DNA from: an uncultured virus (IMG/VR IMGVR_UViG_3300008266_000126)
Lineage: Duplodnaviria; Heunggongvirae; Uroviricota; Caudoviricetes
Reading direction: 5' to 3' (one strand)
Length of the DNA stretch: 64,000 bases
IMG/VR virus record: IMGVR_UViG_3300008266_000126
The notes below the pieces were generated by a model. That model saw only the letters and a program-made list of their open reading frames with translations, made no database searches and was not told the origin of the DNA. The stretch's first letter is position 1, and every line of letters begins with the position of its first letter. Position numbers and translations under genes: made by a program. Positions 32,220-41,166 of this stretch are shown piece after piece.

Positions 32220-32392
32220 CGACCGGATATTCTAATATCGCGGTCTATTATCAAACACTCTTTTCACTAGTACAGCACCATAAATATAGTTTAACAGAGG
32301 TATACGAAATGTATCCTTACGAGAGAGATTTATTTGTAGATTTGCTTTTAAATCATCTTAAAAAATTAGAAGAAGAGAGTGCTAAAAAGTAA
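32216..32392 (+). CDS. gp51: gp51-like hub assembly catalyst; no canonical start codon, lies in the -1 frame of gp26
   Basis: Not in the ORF track. Frame reads VTTGYSNIAVYYQTLFSLVQHHKYSLTEVYEMYPYERDLFVDLLLNHLKKLEEESAKK*, with the QHHKYSL.E..M.P.ER motif. Confidence 0.8.
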   Translation, partial: VTTGYSNIAVYYQTLFSLVQHHKYSLTEVYEMYPYERDLFVDLLLNHLKKLEEESAKK

Positions 32393-34416
32393 TGGCTAAA
32401 AAATCTAGGCAGTTTTCTACCAGTGATTTTACACCTGAACAGGTTGCTAGTAATCCAGCTTTGAAAAAAGCCTATGAAGAAGCATTAGCAGAAGAAACAA
32501 AATTAGCTGCAGAGAAGAAGGCAGCTGCTGCAGAAAAAAGAAAAGAACAAAAAGCTATCAGAGATGCAGAAAAACAAGCTGCAAAACAAACTCTAGATGA
32601 AGTAAAAGAAACTAAGAAAGCATCAACTGCATCTACTACTGCTGCTAGAGATAAGCAAAAGAGAGTAGAAAAGCAAAATCGATTAGAAAATGTTACTAGA
32701 AGACTCCCAGGTGCTGACCGTATAGAAGGTGTAGTATCAGGTACAGCTAGAAATATTGCACGCACTGTTACATCTAGTATAACTGGTAGTACAGGATTAA
32801 GAAACTTAGCACCAAGAGCAGTTGCAGCTAACACATTACAGGCTGCTGGTTTAGGAAGTCTTATTGCTTTGAGTCCTCTTTTTAGTGGTGGTAGAAGAGA
32901 TAGTAAACCAGATTCTCGACCACCTGTAGGTATAGATATTGCACCTCTTATTATCGGGTTTAAACTCTTAGAAGTAAAATTAGATAATATTAATAATAGT
33001 ATAGTTAATACAAATGAATATTTACAAGATCTAATTGCAGGTCAATCTCAAGCTGCAAGAGCAAGAATAGAAGAAGACAGAGAAAAGAGAGCACAAAGAG
33101 CACCGAGAGGAGAAGGTGTTACTGCTGTTCCTACTGCTGATGGTAAAGGTGGTATACTAAGTGCATTGAGCGGTCTTCTTCCTTCTATCGGTAGTTTGTT
33201 ACCAAATATTGGTTCAATTACTAAAGTATTTACACCTTTACTTACTGGTTTAAGTAATATTTTTAAAGGTCTATTAAGATTCTCTACTACTGTAGCACTA
33301 CCAATAGCTGCATTAGTTGCTATTTTTACATCACTAGAACAGAAAGACTGGTCAGAGATATTTGGTAATTTAAGCAAAGTATTTGATGATCTTTCTAAAG
33401 GTAAATTCTTAGATGCTTTTGTAAGATTAATAGGTACTATATCTGATACTTTAATCACTGGCGCTGGTAGACTAGTAGCTGATATTTTAGATTTTTTCGG
33501 TTTAGAAAGTGTAGCTAAATCTATAAATGATTTTTTAGATACTGTAGATATTGGTACCACTTATGTAAATGCTGTACAAGCTATAACTGATTATGTGGTA
33601 AATGCTTTTTATGCTGCAAAAGATACTGTAAGTGGATGGATTAATACTGCATTTGATGTTGGTCAAAAATTAATTGATTGGGCAGTTGGTTTAAAAGATA
33701 GTATTGTAAATAAATTTAGCAATGCTAAAGATGAGATTATAGCTTGGTGGGAAAGTTTCTCATTAAGTGCTCTACTAACTGAAAAATTTGAAGAGATAAA
33801 AAATAAAATAATTAATTTTGTAGGTCAAGACAATCTTCAAAAAGTATTTGATGTATTAGATTTCAATGTTGGTGGTTATATTTCTGAAAAGCTAGGTGAA
33901 GTGGTAGATAAAATTAAAAATATGTTTGCTGGTATTACAGATACTATAGGTAATTTCTTATATGAAAAAGGTAAGTTATTTGAAAAAATAGGGTTATCTA
34001 ATCCGTTCGAAGGATTTAAATCACAGGCAACTGCTGCCACTGCAGGTGCTACACCACAATCTAGTTTCTCTGCTATGGCTGCTGCTGGTCCTTCTGTACC
34101 CCTGACAGCTCAAACTTCATATAGAGAAGTACCTATTGATATGGGTGAAGGTGTTACTAGTACAACTACCGAAGCTATTACTACTTTTAAACCTACTGTG
34201 AATACTAAAAATCTTGCTATGGTAGCTCAATCTGGATTTGCTGCAATGGCGGCTGCTGGGCCACCTCAAGTAGTAGTATTACCTGGCTCAGGTACAATGA
34301 ATAGTTCAAGAGAACCTAGCACACCTCCTAGAATAAGTTCAGGGGCAGTATCGACCGCCCCTGCACCATCTCTTATGGATCAATCATTATATGGCTTTGG
34401 TGCTAACTATTATTAA
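32392..34416 (+). CDS. Probable tape measure / gp29-like hub protein
   Basis: Long, helical, Ala/Leu/Gly-rich with periodic W/F; follows gp26-gp51. Confidence 0.65.
   Translation: MAKKSRQFSTSDFTPEQVASNPALKKAYEEALAEETKLAAEKKAAAAEKRKEQKAIRDAEKQAAKQTLDEVKETKKASTASTTAARDKQKRVEKQNRLENVTRRLPGADRIEGVVSGTARNIARTVTSSITGSTGLRNLAPRAVAANTLQAAGLGSLIALSPLFSGGRRDSKPDSRPPVGIDIAPLIIGFKLLEVKLDNINNSIVNTNEYLQDLIAGQSQAARARIEEDREKRAQRAPRGEGVTAVPTADGKGGILSALSGLLPSIGSLLPNIGSITKVFTPLLTGLSNIFKGLLRFSTTVALPIAALVAIFTSLEQKDWSEIFGNLSKVFDDLSKGKFLDAFVRLIGTISDTLITGAGRLVADILDFFGLESVAKSINDFLDTVDIGTTYVNAVQAITDYVVNAFYAAKDTVSGWINTAFDVGQKLIDWAVGLKDSIVNKFSNAKDEIIAWWESFSLSALLTEKFEEIKNKIINFVGQDNLQKVFDVLDFNVGGYISEKLGEVVDKIKNMFAGITDTIGNFLYEKGKLFEKIGLSNPFEGFKSQATAATAGATPQSSFSAMAAAGPSVPLTAQTSYREVPIDMGEGVTSTTTEAITTFKPTVNTKNLAMVAQSGFAAMAAAGPPQVVVLPGSGTMNSSREPSTPPRISSGAVSTAPAPSLMDQSLYGFGANYY
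34340..34363 (-). terminator. Hairpin downstream of gp32, inside the end of the tape-measure gene
   Basis: CAGGGGCGGT-CGAT-ACTGCCCCTG pairs fully (one G-U) only on the - strand. Confidence 0.5.
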
Positions 34417-35330
34417 TCGTTAGCAAGCTTCTTAAAGAAACTCAAATCATCATCATCCTCATCCCAAGGTGCTGAAGACTCTTGCTTAGCTGCTGGAATT
34501 GCAGGTGCAGGAGCTGCACGTTGTGGTGTCGGGAATGCTTCATCTTCATCGATAGCAGGTGCCATGCGTTGAGCTGAGTCACCAGCAACACCGAGAGCTT
34601 TTTCCAAACGCATCTTAAGTTCTTCATATGACTTAAAGTGCTTAGGATCAAGAAGTTCTTGAAGTGAATGTTCTTTAGACCAGATAGCTTTGATCTGTTC
34701 ATCGTCACCAGCAATAGGTGCAGGTGATTCAAACTCTGACTTATCGTAGTTACGATAGCCTTCTACCTGACGAATCTTGAGCTTGAAGTTAGCACCATCC
34801 CAGAAGTCAAATGGGTTAATTGCCTTCTCATCAGCAAATTGTGGATGCATTGCTTCATTAAGCTTATCAAAGATCTTCTTACCATATTTGAACAAAAATA
34901 CCTTACCGTTGTTTTCAGGACGGGTAGGATCATTGACAACAAGGATATTAGAGAAGTAAGAGAGACGACGCTTCTGCTTACGAACGAGATCTTTGTTTGA
35001 CTCGATACCAGAGTTCCAGAGCTTTGTATTCATTTCTGAAACAGGATCTGGCTTATTGAAAGTAGTTAGACTCTTCTCGATATACCAACCACCAGGACCT
35101 TGGAACCCATGATCCCAAATGCGTACGAACGGCATGTCTTCACCAGCTGGGGCGGGAAGGAAACGAATGATCGCATAACCGTTTCCGGCTTTGTCAACGT
35201 CTGGCTTCCAGTAGCGGTCGTCGTTGGTATTGTCTTGGGGAACTGTAGAATTGAGCTTGTTGAGCTCGGATGTGAGTTTGTCAAAGTTAGACTTACGATT
35301 TTGTTTAAGTGCTTCGAAATTAATAGTCAT
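34413..35330 (-). CDS. gp32: Single-stranded DNA-binding protein gp32
   Basis: DDRYWKP..DKAGNGYAIIRFLPAP; YGKKIFDK; NYDKSEF; acidic tail DDDDLSFF. Confidence 0.98.
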   Translation of the reverse strand: MTINFEALKQNRKSNFDKLTSELNKLNSTVPQDNTNDDRYWKPDVDKAGNGYAIIRFLPAPAGEDMPFVRIWDHGFQGPGGWYIEKSLTTFNKPDPVSEMNTKLWNSGIESNKDLVRKQKRRLSYFSNILVVNDPTRPENNGKVFLFKYGKKIFDKLNEAMHPQFADEKAINPFDFWDGANFKLKIRQVEGYRNYDKSEFESPAPIAGDDEQIKAIWSKEHSLQELLDPKHFKSYEELKMRLEKALGVAGDSAQRMAPAIDEDEAFPTPQRAAPAPAIPAAKQESSAPWDEDDDDLSFFKKLAND

Positions 35331-35384
35331 AATATTCTCCGTTGTGTTTCGATGTATTAATTATATGCGACGATGTATAATACT

Positions 35385-35957
35385 TCAACTAAATTTATTG
35401 CGAAGTATTGCACAGTATTTATCTTTCTCGTAAGAAAGAAATGGATGTAGCTTTTTACAATTCAAAGCTATTTGTGGCCATAAGACAGGGTCTGTAATTT
35501 CTTTATTCCACTTACTAAAGAAACGAACACAGTCTTGTATGATAATGAAAGTCTCTTTTGAGATCTTTTTGCGTGTGAGTAGAGTGAGAAGGTAGGGATA
35601 GTCACCTGGTTTTACTTCAAAGTTAGCATCGAAGTTTTCAAGAAGATTGTCTATATCACCCTCAAACATATATGTAAGAGTTTGTTTACGTCTTAGAAAC
35701 TCATTATACTTCATCTGCTGATCTAAACCAAATAGATCACCTACCCATAGTTTCTGATTTTCTGAGAGATTAGCAACCAAGAATGTAAGAGGATCTTCAT
35801 GCTTAGATAGTTTATAAAACATATATTTGTCTTTACGAGTTTCAAATGTATGTTCAGATGCTCTCACCTTACCGTTGTATTTAAAGAAGTCATATGACTC
35901 TGTTGTAAAGTGATTCTTGATTGCCGTATAAAGCTTATATGCTTCAAAAGGACTCAT
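35385..35957 (-). CDS. gp59: Helicase loader gp59
   Basis: FEAYKLY.AIKNHFT...YDFFKYNGK...F..RKDKY.F.KL. Confidence 0.92.
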   Translation of the reverse strand: MSPFEAYKLYTAIKNHFTTESYDFFKYNGKVRASEHTFETRKDKYMFYKLSKHEDPLTFLVANLSENQKLWVGDLFGLDQQMKYNEFLRRKQTLTYMFEGDIDNLLENFDANFEVKPGDYPYLLTLLTRKKISKETFIIIQDCVRFFSKWNKEITDPVLWPQIALNCKKLHPFLSYEKDKYCAILRNKFS

Positions 35958-36187
35958 ATAGGAAGTCGACTCGTCTTTCTTACCATGTTAAGATTTTCTG
36001 CTTCTACTTGTATCCTAGCTTTTAATAGAGCACTTTGTTTAATAAGTGAAGCAGCTGTCTCTACCTCAACATTATTTGTTTCACAATAATACATTACAGC
36101 GTCAAAAAAAGTTAAATTTTTACTTAAAACTAATTTATCTATTTCTTTAACGAAGTCGGCAGAAGATTTAACGTTGGCTATTTTCAT
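35954..36187 (-). CDS. gp33: Late transcription coactivator gp33
   Basis: F..EI..LV....FDAV.YYCE.N..E.E.AA.LI...LKA.I..EA..LN...TSRLPI. Confidence 0.92.
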   Translation of the reverse strand: MKIANVKSSADFVKEIDKLVLSKNLTFFDAVMYYCETNNVEVETAASLIKQSALLKARIQVEAENLNMVRKTSRLPI

Positions 36188-36197
36188 ATTGTACCAT

Positions 36198-36971
36198 TCA
36201 CTGATTTACATTTATTATTTTATTATATTTTAAAAAAGAAATAAACGATCCTATAAGATCAAACTCTTTTTTATTAGTAGAGAAATAAGGGTTTCTAGGA
36301 TCACCATGATGATTATTATGCCATGCTTCTCCTAGAGAAACATAAGCAAGAAAAGGTAAGTTTACACTATTATCTTTTGTTTCGTAGTTTCTATAACCAA
36401 TATTTTTCATGTGTGAAAATATGTTTACCATACCAGTTACAAACCAGACATAAGCACCTGGTACTAAAAATCCTACTATTGGTCCCATAAACCCGAATAT
36501 TAAATATAAAATTACTATTAGAGAGATGTTAATTAACCAATGATATTTGTATAAGAATACTAGCTCTTTATGCTTTACGTAATCTTTAACAAATGCAACC
36601 TTTTGCTCATGCATAACAAATCCAAAATATGAATTTATAAATCCATGATGAGGACCGTGAGGATCTTTTTCTCTGTCTGTATATGCATGATGCTCTCTGT
36701 GAATAGCAACCCAAGAAAGAGATGGTCCTTGTAATGTAAAAACTGCAATAAAAAGAAAAATATTACGCACCCAATCACTATTAAACTTAAATGCTTTATG
36801 TGTTAAGTAGCGATGGTTGATCATACCTATTCCGATACCACCCATTATAACTGCTATACCATAAGCAATCAACCAATGATACCATGATGCATACATTATC
36901 ATAGGTATAAAGGAAAGATGAGCAATTAATTGAGTTATTAATACAATATAGGAATCTAAAGTATATTTCAT
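36198..36971 (-). CDS. Membrane-bound fatty acid desaturase (delta-9/OLE1-DesC type)
   Basis: Three His boxes HRYLTH, HREHH and HNNHH; DPHGP; GEAWHNNHH; hydrophobic segments. Confidence 0.93.
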   Translation of the reverse strand: MKYTLDSYIVLITQLIAHLSFIPMIMYASWYHWLIAYGIAVIMGGIGIGMINHRYLTHKAFKFNSDWVRNIFLFIAVFTLQGPSLSWVAIHREHHAYTDREKDPHGPHHGFINSYFGFVMHEQKVAFVKDYVKHKELVFLYKYHWLINISLIVILYLIFGFMGPIVGFLVPGAYVWFVTGMVNIFSHMKNIGYRNYETKDNSVNLPFLAYVSLGEAWHNNHHGDPRNPYFSTNKKEFDLIGSFISFLKYNKIINVNQ

Positions 36972-36979
36972 TAGTTTAT

Positions 36980-38137
36980 TTATAGACTTGAAAAAGCTAA
37001 TGTAATATTAGTACCACCAAAACCAAACGAGTTGTTTAAGGTTACTTTTTGTTTGCTATTGTAGATTTCCGTAGGCAGATTAATATCTTTTTTAGATATA
37101 GAATTATCTAATTCGTCTAAATTCCAATTAGGTATTACCACATCATGTTTTAATGCTAAAAGACATGCAAGTGTCTCTATTGCACCTGCTGCACCAAAAA
37201 GATGTCCATGTAAACTCTTTGTAGAACTGACTGGTATATATTTTGCTTTATCACCAAACAAACTAATTATACTCTGCAATTCAACTATATCACCTGTTGG
37301 TGTGCCTGTACCATGTGCGTTAATATAGGTAATATCGTCAAACAAAATATTTTTAGTTGCAATTTGCATTGCTTTTATTTGTCCTGGTGTGTTAGGTTTA
37401 GTAACGGATTCAGAACCATTAGTAGCACCATACCCTACTATTTCACCGTAAATATTAGCATTTCTTTTCAATGCGTGATCAAGCTCTTCTAATATAAAAA
37501 TTACTGAACCCTCAGACATAGTAATACCGTTTCTGTTTTTTGAGAACGGTTTGCAGTCATCACTTAATGCATTCATTGCTTTCCAGAATGCAAATTGTAA
37601 TTCATTAATACAAGCTTCCGCACCACCAGCTGCAAGACAATCATACTCCCCATATGCAATTTTTTTATATGCTTCACCGATTGCAGTTGATGCAGATGCA
37701 CATGCTGTAGAATATGTAAAAGCTGGACCTGTTATATTCTCTTTTAAAGCAATAAAGTTAGCACCCATATTAACCACTGAGCAAACTAATGCGGTAGGTT
37801 TTACTTTATTCTTAGCAAATAAACTTCTATAAGATTCTTCGTATGTTAATGCACCACCACCATAACCAACACCTAAAAATATACCTTCTGGTTGTACGGA
37901 GCTATCATTTTTTGCATCTAAGAAAGAAAGGTATGCCAGTCGTGTAAATCTATCAGTGACGTTTAAATCAAATCTATCAAAATGTGAATCTATATTATCT
38001 TTAACTATATAAGCAGCCGATCCAAATATATACTCTTTGGTACCCTGCTTACCAGTAAAGAGTGATTCTTTAATTTCTGATAAATTATTACCAATAGGTG
38101 TTCTACTACCTACACCCGTAACTACAACACGTCTCAT
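36980..38137 (-). CDS. fabF: 3-oxoacyl-ACP synthase II (FabF-type ketosynthase)
   Basis: MRRVVVTG.G; TACASAS (catalytic Cys); YINAHGTGT; KSLHGHLFGAAG; NSFGFGGTN. Confidence 0.95.
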   Translation of the reverse strand: MRRVVVTGVGSRTPIGNNLSEIKESLFTGKQGTKEYIFGSAAYIVKDNIDSHFDRFDLNVTDRFTRLAYLSFLDAKNDSSVQPEGIFLGVGYGGGALTYEESYRSLFAKNKVKPTALVCSVVNMGANFIALKENITGPAFTYSTACASASTAIGEAYKKIAYGEYDCLAAGGAEACINELQFAFWKAMNALSDDCKPFSKNRNGITMSEGSVIFILEELDHALKRNANIYGEIVGYGATNGSESVTKPNTPGQIKAMQIATKNILFDDITYINAHGTGTPTGDIVELQSIISLFGDKAKYIPVSSTKSLHGHLFGAAGAIETLACLLALKHDVVIPNWNLDELDNSISKKDINLPTEIYNSKQKVTLNNSFGFGGTNITLAFSSL

Positions 38138-38391
38138 TCTTTATCGATATTTTCGTAGAGGTAATCGATCAATTCTTCAATAGTTGTAGCACCACTTTCA
38201 ATAGTAATAGTATTAATTTTAAAGATATCTTCTAATTCAGACATAAAAGTTATTACTTCTAGTGAGTCTAGCTTTTCATTTAATTCTTTAAGACGGGATA
38301 ACGGATAGCTTCTATCAAATGTGCTAAGATCAATACCGTAACTTTTATTAAAGTGATCAAAAACTACTTTTGCGATCTCTTCTTTGGTCAT
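38134..38391 (-). CDS. acpP: Acyl carrier protein
   Basis: 85 aa, acidic, LDSLEVITFMSELEDIF (DSL Ppant site). GGAG RBS before ATG 38391. Confidence 0.8.
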   Translation of the reverse strand: MTKEEIAKVVFDHFNKSYGIDLSTFDRSYPLSRLKELNEKLDSLEVITFMSELEDIFKINTITIESGATTIEELIDYLYENIDKE

Positions 38392-38407
38392 TATAATCTC
38401 CATAATA

Positions 38408-38750
38408 TAGTGTGAGGTGTTTCTGTTTCCAAGCACACCTCACGAAGCTCATGTGACTCAGGCTGCTAGAGCGTAAGCACCATATGCATTGTTATCGTTT
38501 GCATTTACGAGTTTGCATCAGTCTCAGGTTAGCCTTTACTACACCTGTCGATCCTGTTTCGCCCCCATCAAAGATACACTGTGAGACACCGCTTTGCTCA
38601 GTGCGAACAGTTATATACTAGTCTCTTCCGCCTTACCCTCTTTATAATAGGAGGACTGTTGCACCCAACGACCAGTGTATCCGTGGTGGAGGCGGCGGGT
38701 ACTGCCCCCGCGTCCAGAATGTCTATTCTACTTCCGTCAACGACATCAGC
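38408..38750 (-). ncRNA. ssrA: Circularly permuted two-piece tmRNA, tag ANDNNAYGAYALAA
   Basis: The acceptor piece ...GACGCGGGGGCAGTACCCGCCGCCTCCACCA (ends 38684) lies upstream of the coding piece GGGGGCGAAACAGGATCGAC (starts 38566). G3-U pair in the acceptor stem. Tag ORF 38502-38458. Terminal hairpin GTGAGGTGT...ACACCTCAC. Outer ends approximate. Confidence 0.93.
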
Positions 38751-38754
38751 TCTT

Positions 38755-38785
38755 TATTTATAGTATAGTTAAAAATTAAAATCAA
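38755..38785 (-). promoter_or_regulatory. Composite tmRNA promoter: TTGATT-17 nt-TATAAA overlapping the late box TATAAATA
   Basis: Read directly upstream of the acceptor piece. Confidence 0.6.
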
Positions 38786-38788
38786 CTG

Positions 38789-38992
38789 TTAAATCTTACC
38801 CCAATCGATCTTATTCCATATTCTCTCATTAATAAAATAAGACAAAGTCCATAAACAGTTAATAATAATAGTAGGTATAATTGCATCAGCCATATTCTGA
38901 CCAGTAACAAGAAGCATGATATAAGTTGTCATAATTACAAACAACCTGTAAATTAACGACTTAACAATCGTTCTTTTAAGAGTAGCTTTCAT
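38789..38992 (-). CDS. DUF2061-like small membrane protein
   Basis: KRTIVKSLIYR...Y.INERIWNKIDWG. Confidence 0.75.
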   Translation of the reverse strand: MKATLKRTIVKSLIYRLFVIMTTYIMLLVTGQNMADAIIPTIIINCLWTLSYFINERIWNKIDWGKI

Positions 38993-39687
38993 ACGTTATA
39001 CTTCTCTTTATACTCTTGTCTTACTTGCATTAGTTTATTAACATATACATCTCTACGATCTTCAAATATCTGCGGCACTTCATTATCAACAGAAATTAAA
39101 ATAACTATTCTACTTACTGGTATATTATATCTCTCTTCAAACATAATAGCATATGCAGAGGCTTGACAAAAGTAATTAAGAATATAATCTCTGTTTTTAT
39201 GTTTACGAGCTGTCTTAAAATCAATAATAGAAAGTTTACCTTTCCATTCTGCAACACAGTCTACAGTACCTGCCATCTGAAGATGATCGGAATACATTCT
39301 TGTTTCTTGCAATCTTACATTATCAATATGATTATCTAAGAGAGGTTTTAACTCTTTAAAATTTAAAGAGTCGTTATAGTTATACTTAGAATAATCTATC
39401 TCATCATTGTTAATGTAATCTTCACATAATTGATGAATACGAGTACCTCTAGTAGCAGCTTGTGTGCTGATACGAGTAGCTTCTTCTTCACCTACTTTTC
39501 TTCTCCATTCCTGAATAGCTTTCTGATTCATAATACCTGTAACTGTAGTAACAGACGGATATAATAAACCTTCTGGCGTTTTATAATATCTACCAGAGTC
39601 TGTATTAACCTGTTCAAGTATATTATTTACTTCAGGAATCTCGATATGATTAAAAGTTTTTCTTTGTTTTAAAATATTTTCTAGCAT
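38989..39687 (-). CDS. PD-(D/E)XK exonuclease (phage Cas4-like/MGME1-like)
   Basis: YPSVTTV, RGT.IH, AGTVDC.AE..G.LSIIDFKT, Q..AYA. Confidence 0.9.
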   Translation of the reverse strand: MLENILKQRKTFNHIEIPEVNNILEQVNTDSGRYYKTPEGLLYPSVTTVTGIMNQKAIQEWRRKVGEEEATRISTQAATRGTRIHQLCEDYINNDEIDYSKYNYNDSLNFKELKPLLDNHIDNVRLQETRMYSDHLQMAGTVDCVAEWKGKLSIIDFKTARKHKNRDYILNYFCQASAYAIMFEERYNIPVSRIVILISVDNEVPQIFEDRRDVYVNKLMQVRQEYKEKYNV

Positions 39688-39688
39688 G

Positions 39689-40378
39689 TTACTTTATAAA
39701 ATGATAATCACCATCAGGTCCATTATCACTAAAAGCATTATCGTCAACTAAAATAAATCCCTTAGAACGTATATAATCAATAATAATATCTTTATGTGGT
39801 GCACCTTTGTTGTATTCTACTTTTTGTAATTCCATAATAAGATGTTTTGTATGCTGTAAACAGATATCAGCACCTTTAAGTACGTCTAGTTCTGCACCTT
39901 GTACATCTATCTTAATCAGATCTGGTAAAGGAAAGTTTTTATTTTTAACTACATTATCTAAAGTAGATGTAGTATATTCTTTAATATGAGATTCGTTAAA
40001 ATAATGTTCTGCACCAGAATTAAATTTAGGGTTTTCTCTGTAGTAAGAATTTCCACCAGGAAAAAAATTGTTCTGATAGAATTTAACTATATTACCAGTA
40101 GCGTCTGATAGTACACCGATGTTATAACCAGCAATATCAGAATCTTTAAAAATAAATTCTACTTCAGGCATTGCTTCAAAGCAGTAGAAGTTAGATGTAG
40201 GCCATATTTGTTTTGCTTCATTTGTCCAGTGAAGTACACAAGCACCTATATCGTAAACTACCTCAGGTACAAACTTATAGTAGTTTTTAATTCTACTAAG
40301 ATAGTTAGAATGCACCTGAGGTAGTAATTTTTTTTCGCTTAATTCTTTAAGATGTTTTTCAATTTCATTCATAATCAA
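39689..40378 (-). CDS. FkbM-family methyltransferase
   Basis: YDIGAC, FEA.P, TLD, DLIKIDVQGAEL.VLKG. Confidence 0.88.
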   Translation of the reverse strand: MIMNEIEKHLKELSEKKLLPQVHSNYLSRIKNYYKFVPEVVYDIGACVLHWTNEAKQIWPTSNFYCFEAMPEVEFIFKDSDIAGYNIGVLSDATGNIVKFYQNNFFPGGNSYYRENPKFNSGAEHYFNESHIKEYTTSTLDNVVKNKNFPLPDLIKIDVQGAELDVLKGADICLQHTKHLIMELQKVEYNKGAPHKDIIIDYIRSKGFILVDDNAFSDNGPDGDYHFIK

Positions 40379-41151
40379 TTTAAGTAAGTAGATACTGTAT
40401 CAGTCTCCTTATTAATATATCTTCTATTTTCCATAGCAGTCTTTTTAATAATAAAGTCTTTTACTAGTCCTGATCTTACAATATCCTCTTCTACAAATTC
40501 TACTGAACTAAAATATTTATTCATTCTCTCTAGTATTTTCATAAATTTAAGAATACCAGATCTTTCATCATCATATACTAGATCAGTTTGTCTATAATCT
40601 CCACAGAAAATTATTCTTGAATTTTTACCTACACGTGTTATAACAGTGCATAGTTCACTATAGGTCATATTTTGACATTCATCTACTATAATTATAGTAT
40701 TATCTAAAGTTGTTCCTCTTAGAAATGATGTTGTCTGGAAGTCTATTATACCTTTACCTTTAAGTATCTCATATGCATCACCTCTACCGTAAAGTTCTGA
40801 GCATATTGATTGATAAGGTAGTTCAAATATTTTTGATTTTTCTTTTATTGAACCGGGAAGAAATCCCATATCTCGGGAAGGCACCACTGATCGTATCAGT
40901 GTAATATTATTGTAGTCTTTATACTGTTCTATTTCTGAAAGAGCAAGGTAGAGTGAAATGAATGATTTGCCGGTACCAGGCAATCCATGTATTAAAATGT
41001 TTCTACCATTTGAAAAGTCTTTGAACACACACTCCTGATTTTTTGTTTTGGGGATAATCGATTTGAGTATTAGGTTATTTTTTACTTGTTTAGCCTCTTG
41101 ACGCTTTTGTTGTTTAATTAATCTCTTTTCAGCGCGTGTGAGTCTTTCCAT
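40375..41151 (-). CDS. phoH: PhoH-family ATPase
   Basis: GLPGTGKS; GFLPG; FLRG.T; VDECQN; GD..QTDL; DIVRSGLV. Confidence 0.95.
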   Translation of the reverse strand: MERLTRAEKRLIKQQKRQEAKQVKNNLILKSIIPKTKNQECVFKDFSNGRNILIHGLPGTGKSFISLYLALSEIEQYKDYNNITLIRSVVPSRDMGFLPGSIKEKSKIFELPYQSICSELYGRGDAYEILKGKGIIDFQTTSFLRGTTLDNTIIIVDECQNMTYSELCTVITRVGKNSRIIFCGDYRQTDLVYDDERSGILKFMKILERMNKYFSSVEFVEEDIVRSGLVKDFIIKKTAMENRRYINKETDTVSTYLN

Positions 41152-41166
41152 GTGGTACCTCTTTTT

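Noticed and set aside
32018..35433. Antisense and nested ORFs in the track (e.g. 32472-32834, 33048-33560, 35100-35360; similarly 4033, 11315, 14719, 22692, 37551, 52479, 61069)
   Set aside because: They are shadows of well-supported genes, with no RBS or recognisable motifs.
36198..38391. Bacterial contamination or a prophage-host junction explaining the lipid genes
   Set aside because: The genes share the AT-rich composition and strand of their neighbours and are tightly packed between core phage genes on both sides. Read-level confirmation is still advisable.
38392..38436. TTG-initiated N-terminal extension of the ACP
   Set aside because: It overlaps the tmRNA 3' hairpin. ATG 38391 has a GGAG RBS.
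38581..38763. 60-aa + strand ORF (…VVEAAGTAPAS…)
   Set aside because: It is the antisense shadow of the tmRNA acceptor arm.
38989..39687. Cas4-like nuclease as a sign of CRISPR-Cas
   Set aside because: No array or other cas genes are present. This is a common stand-alone exonuclease of T4-like phages.
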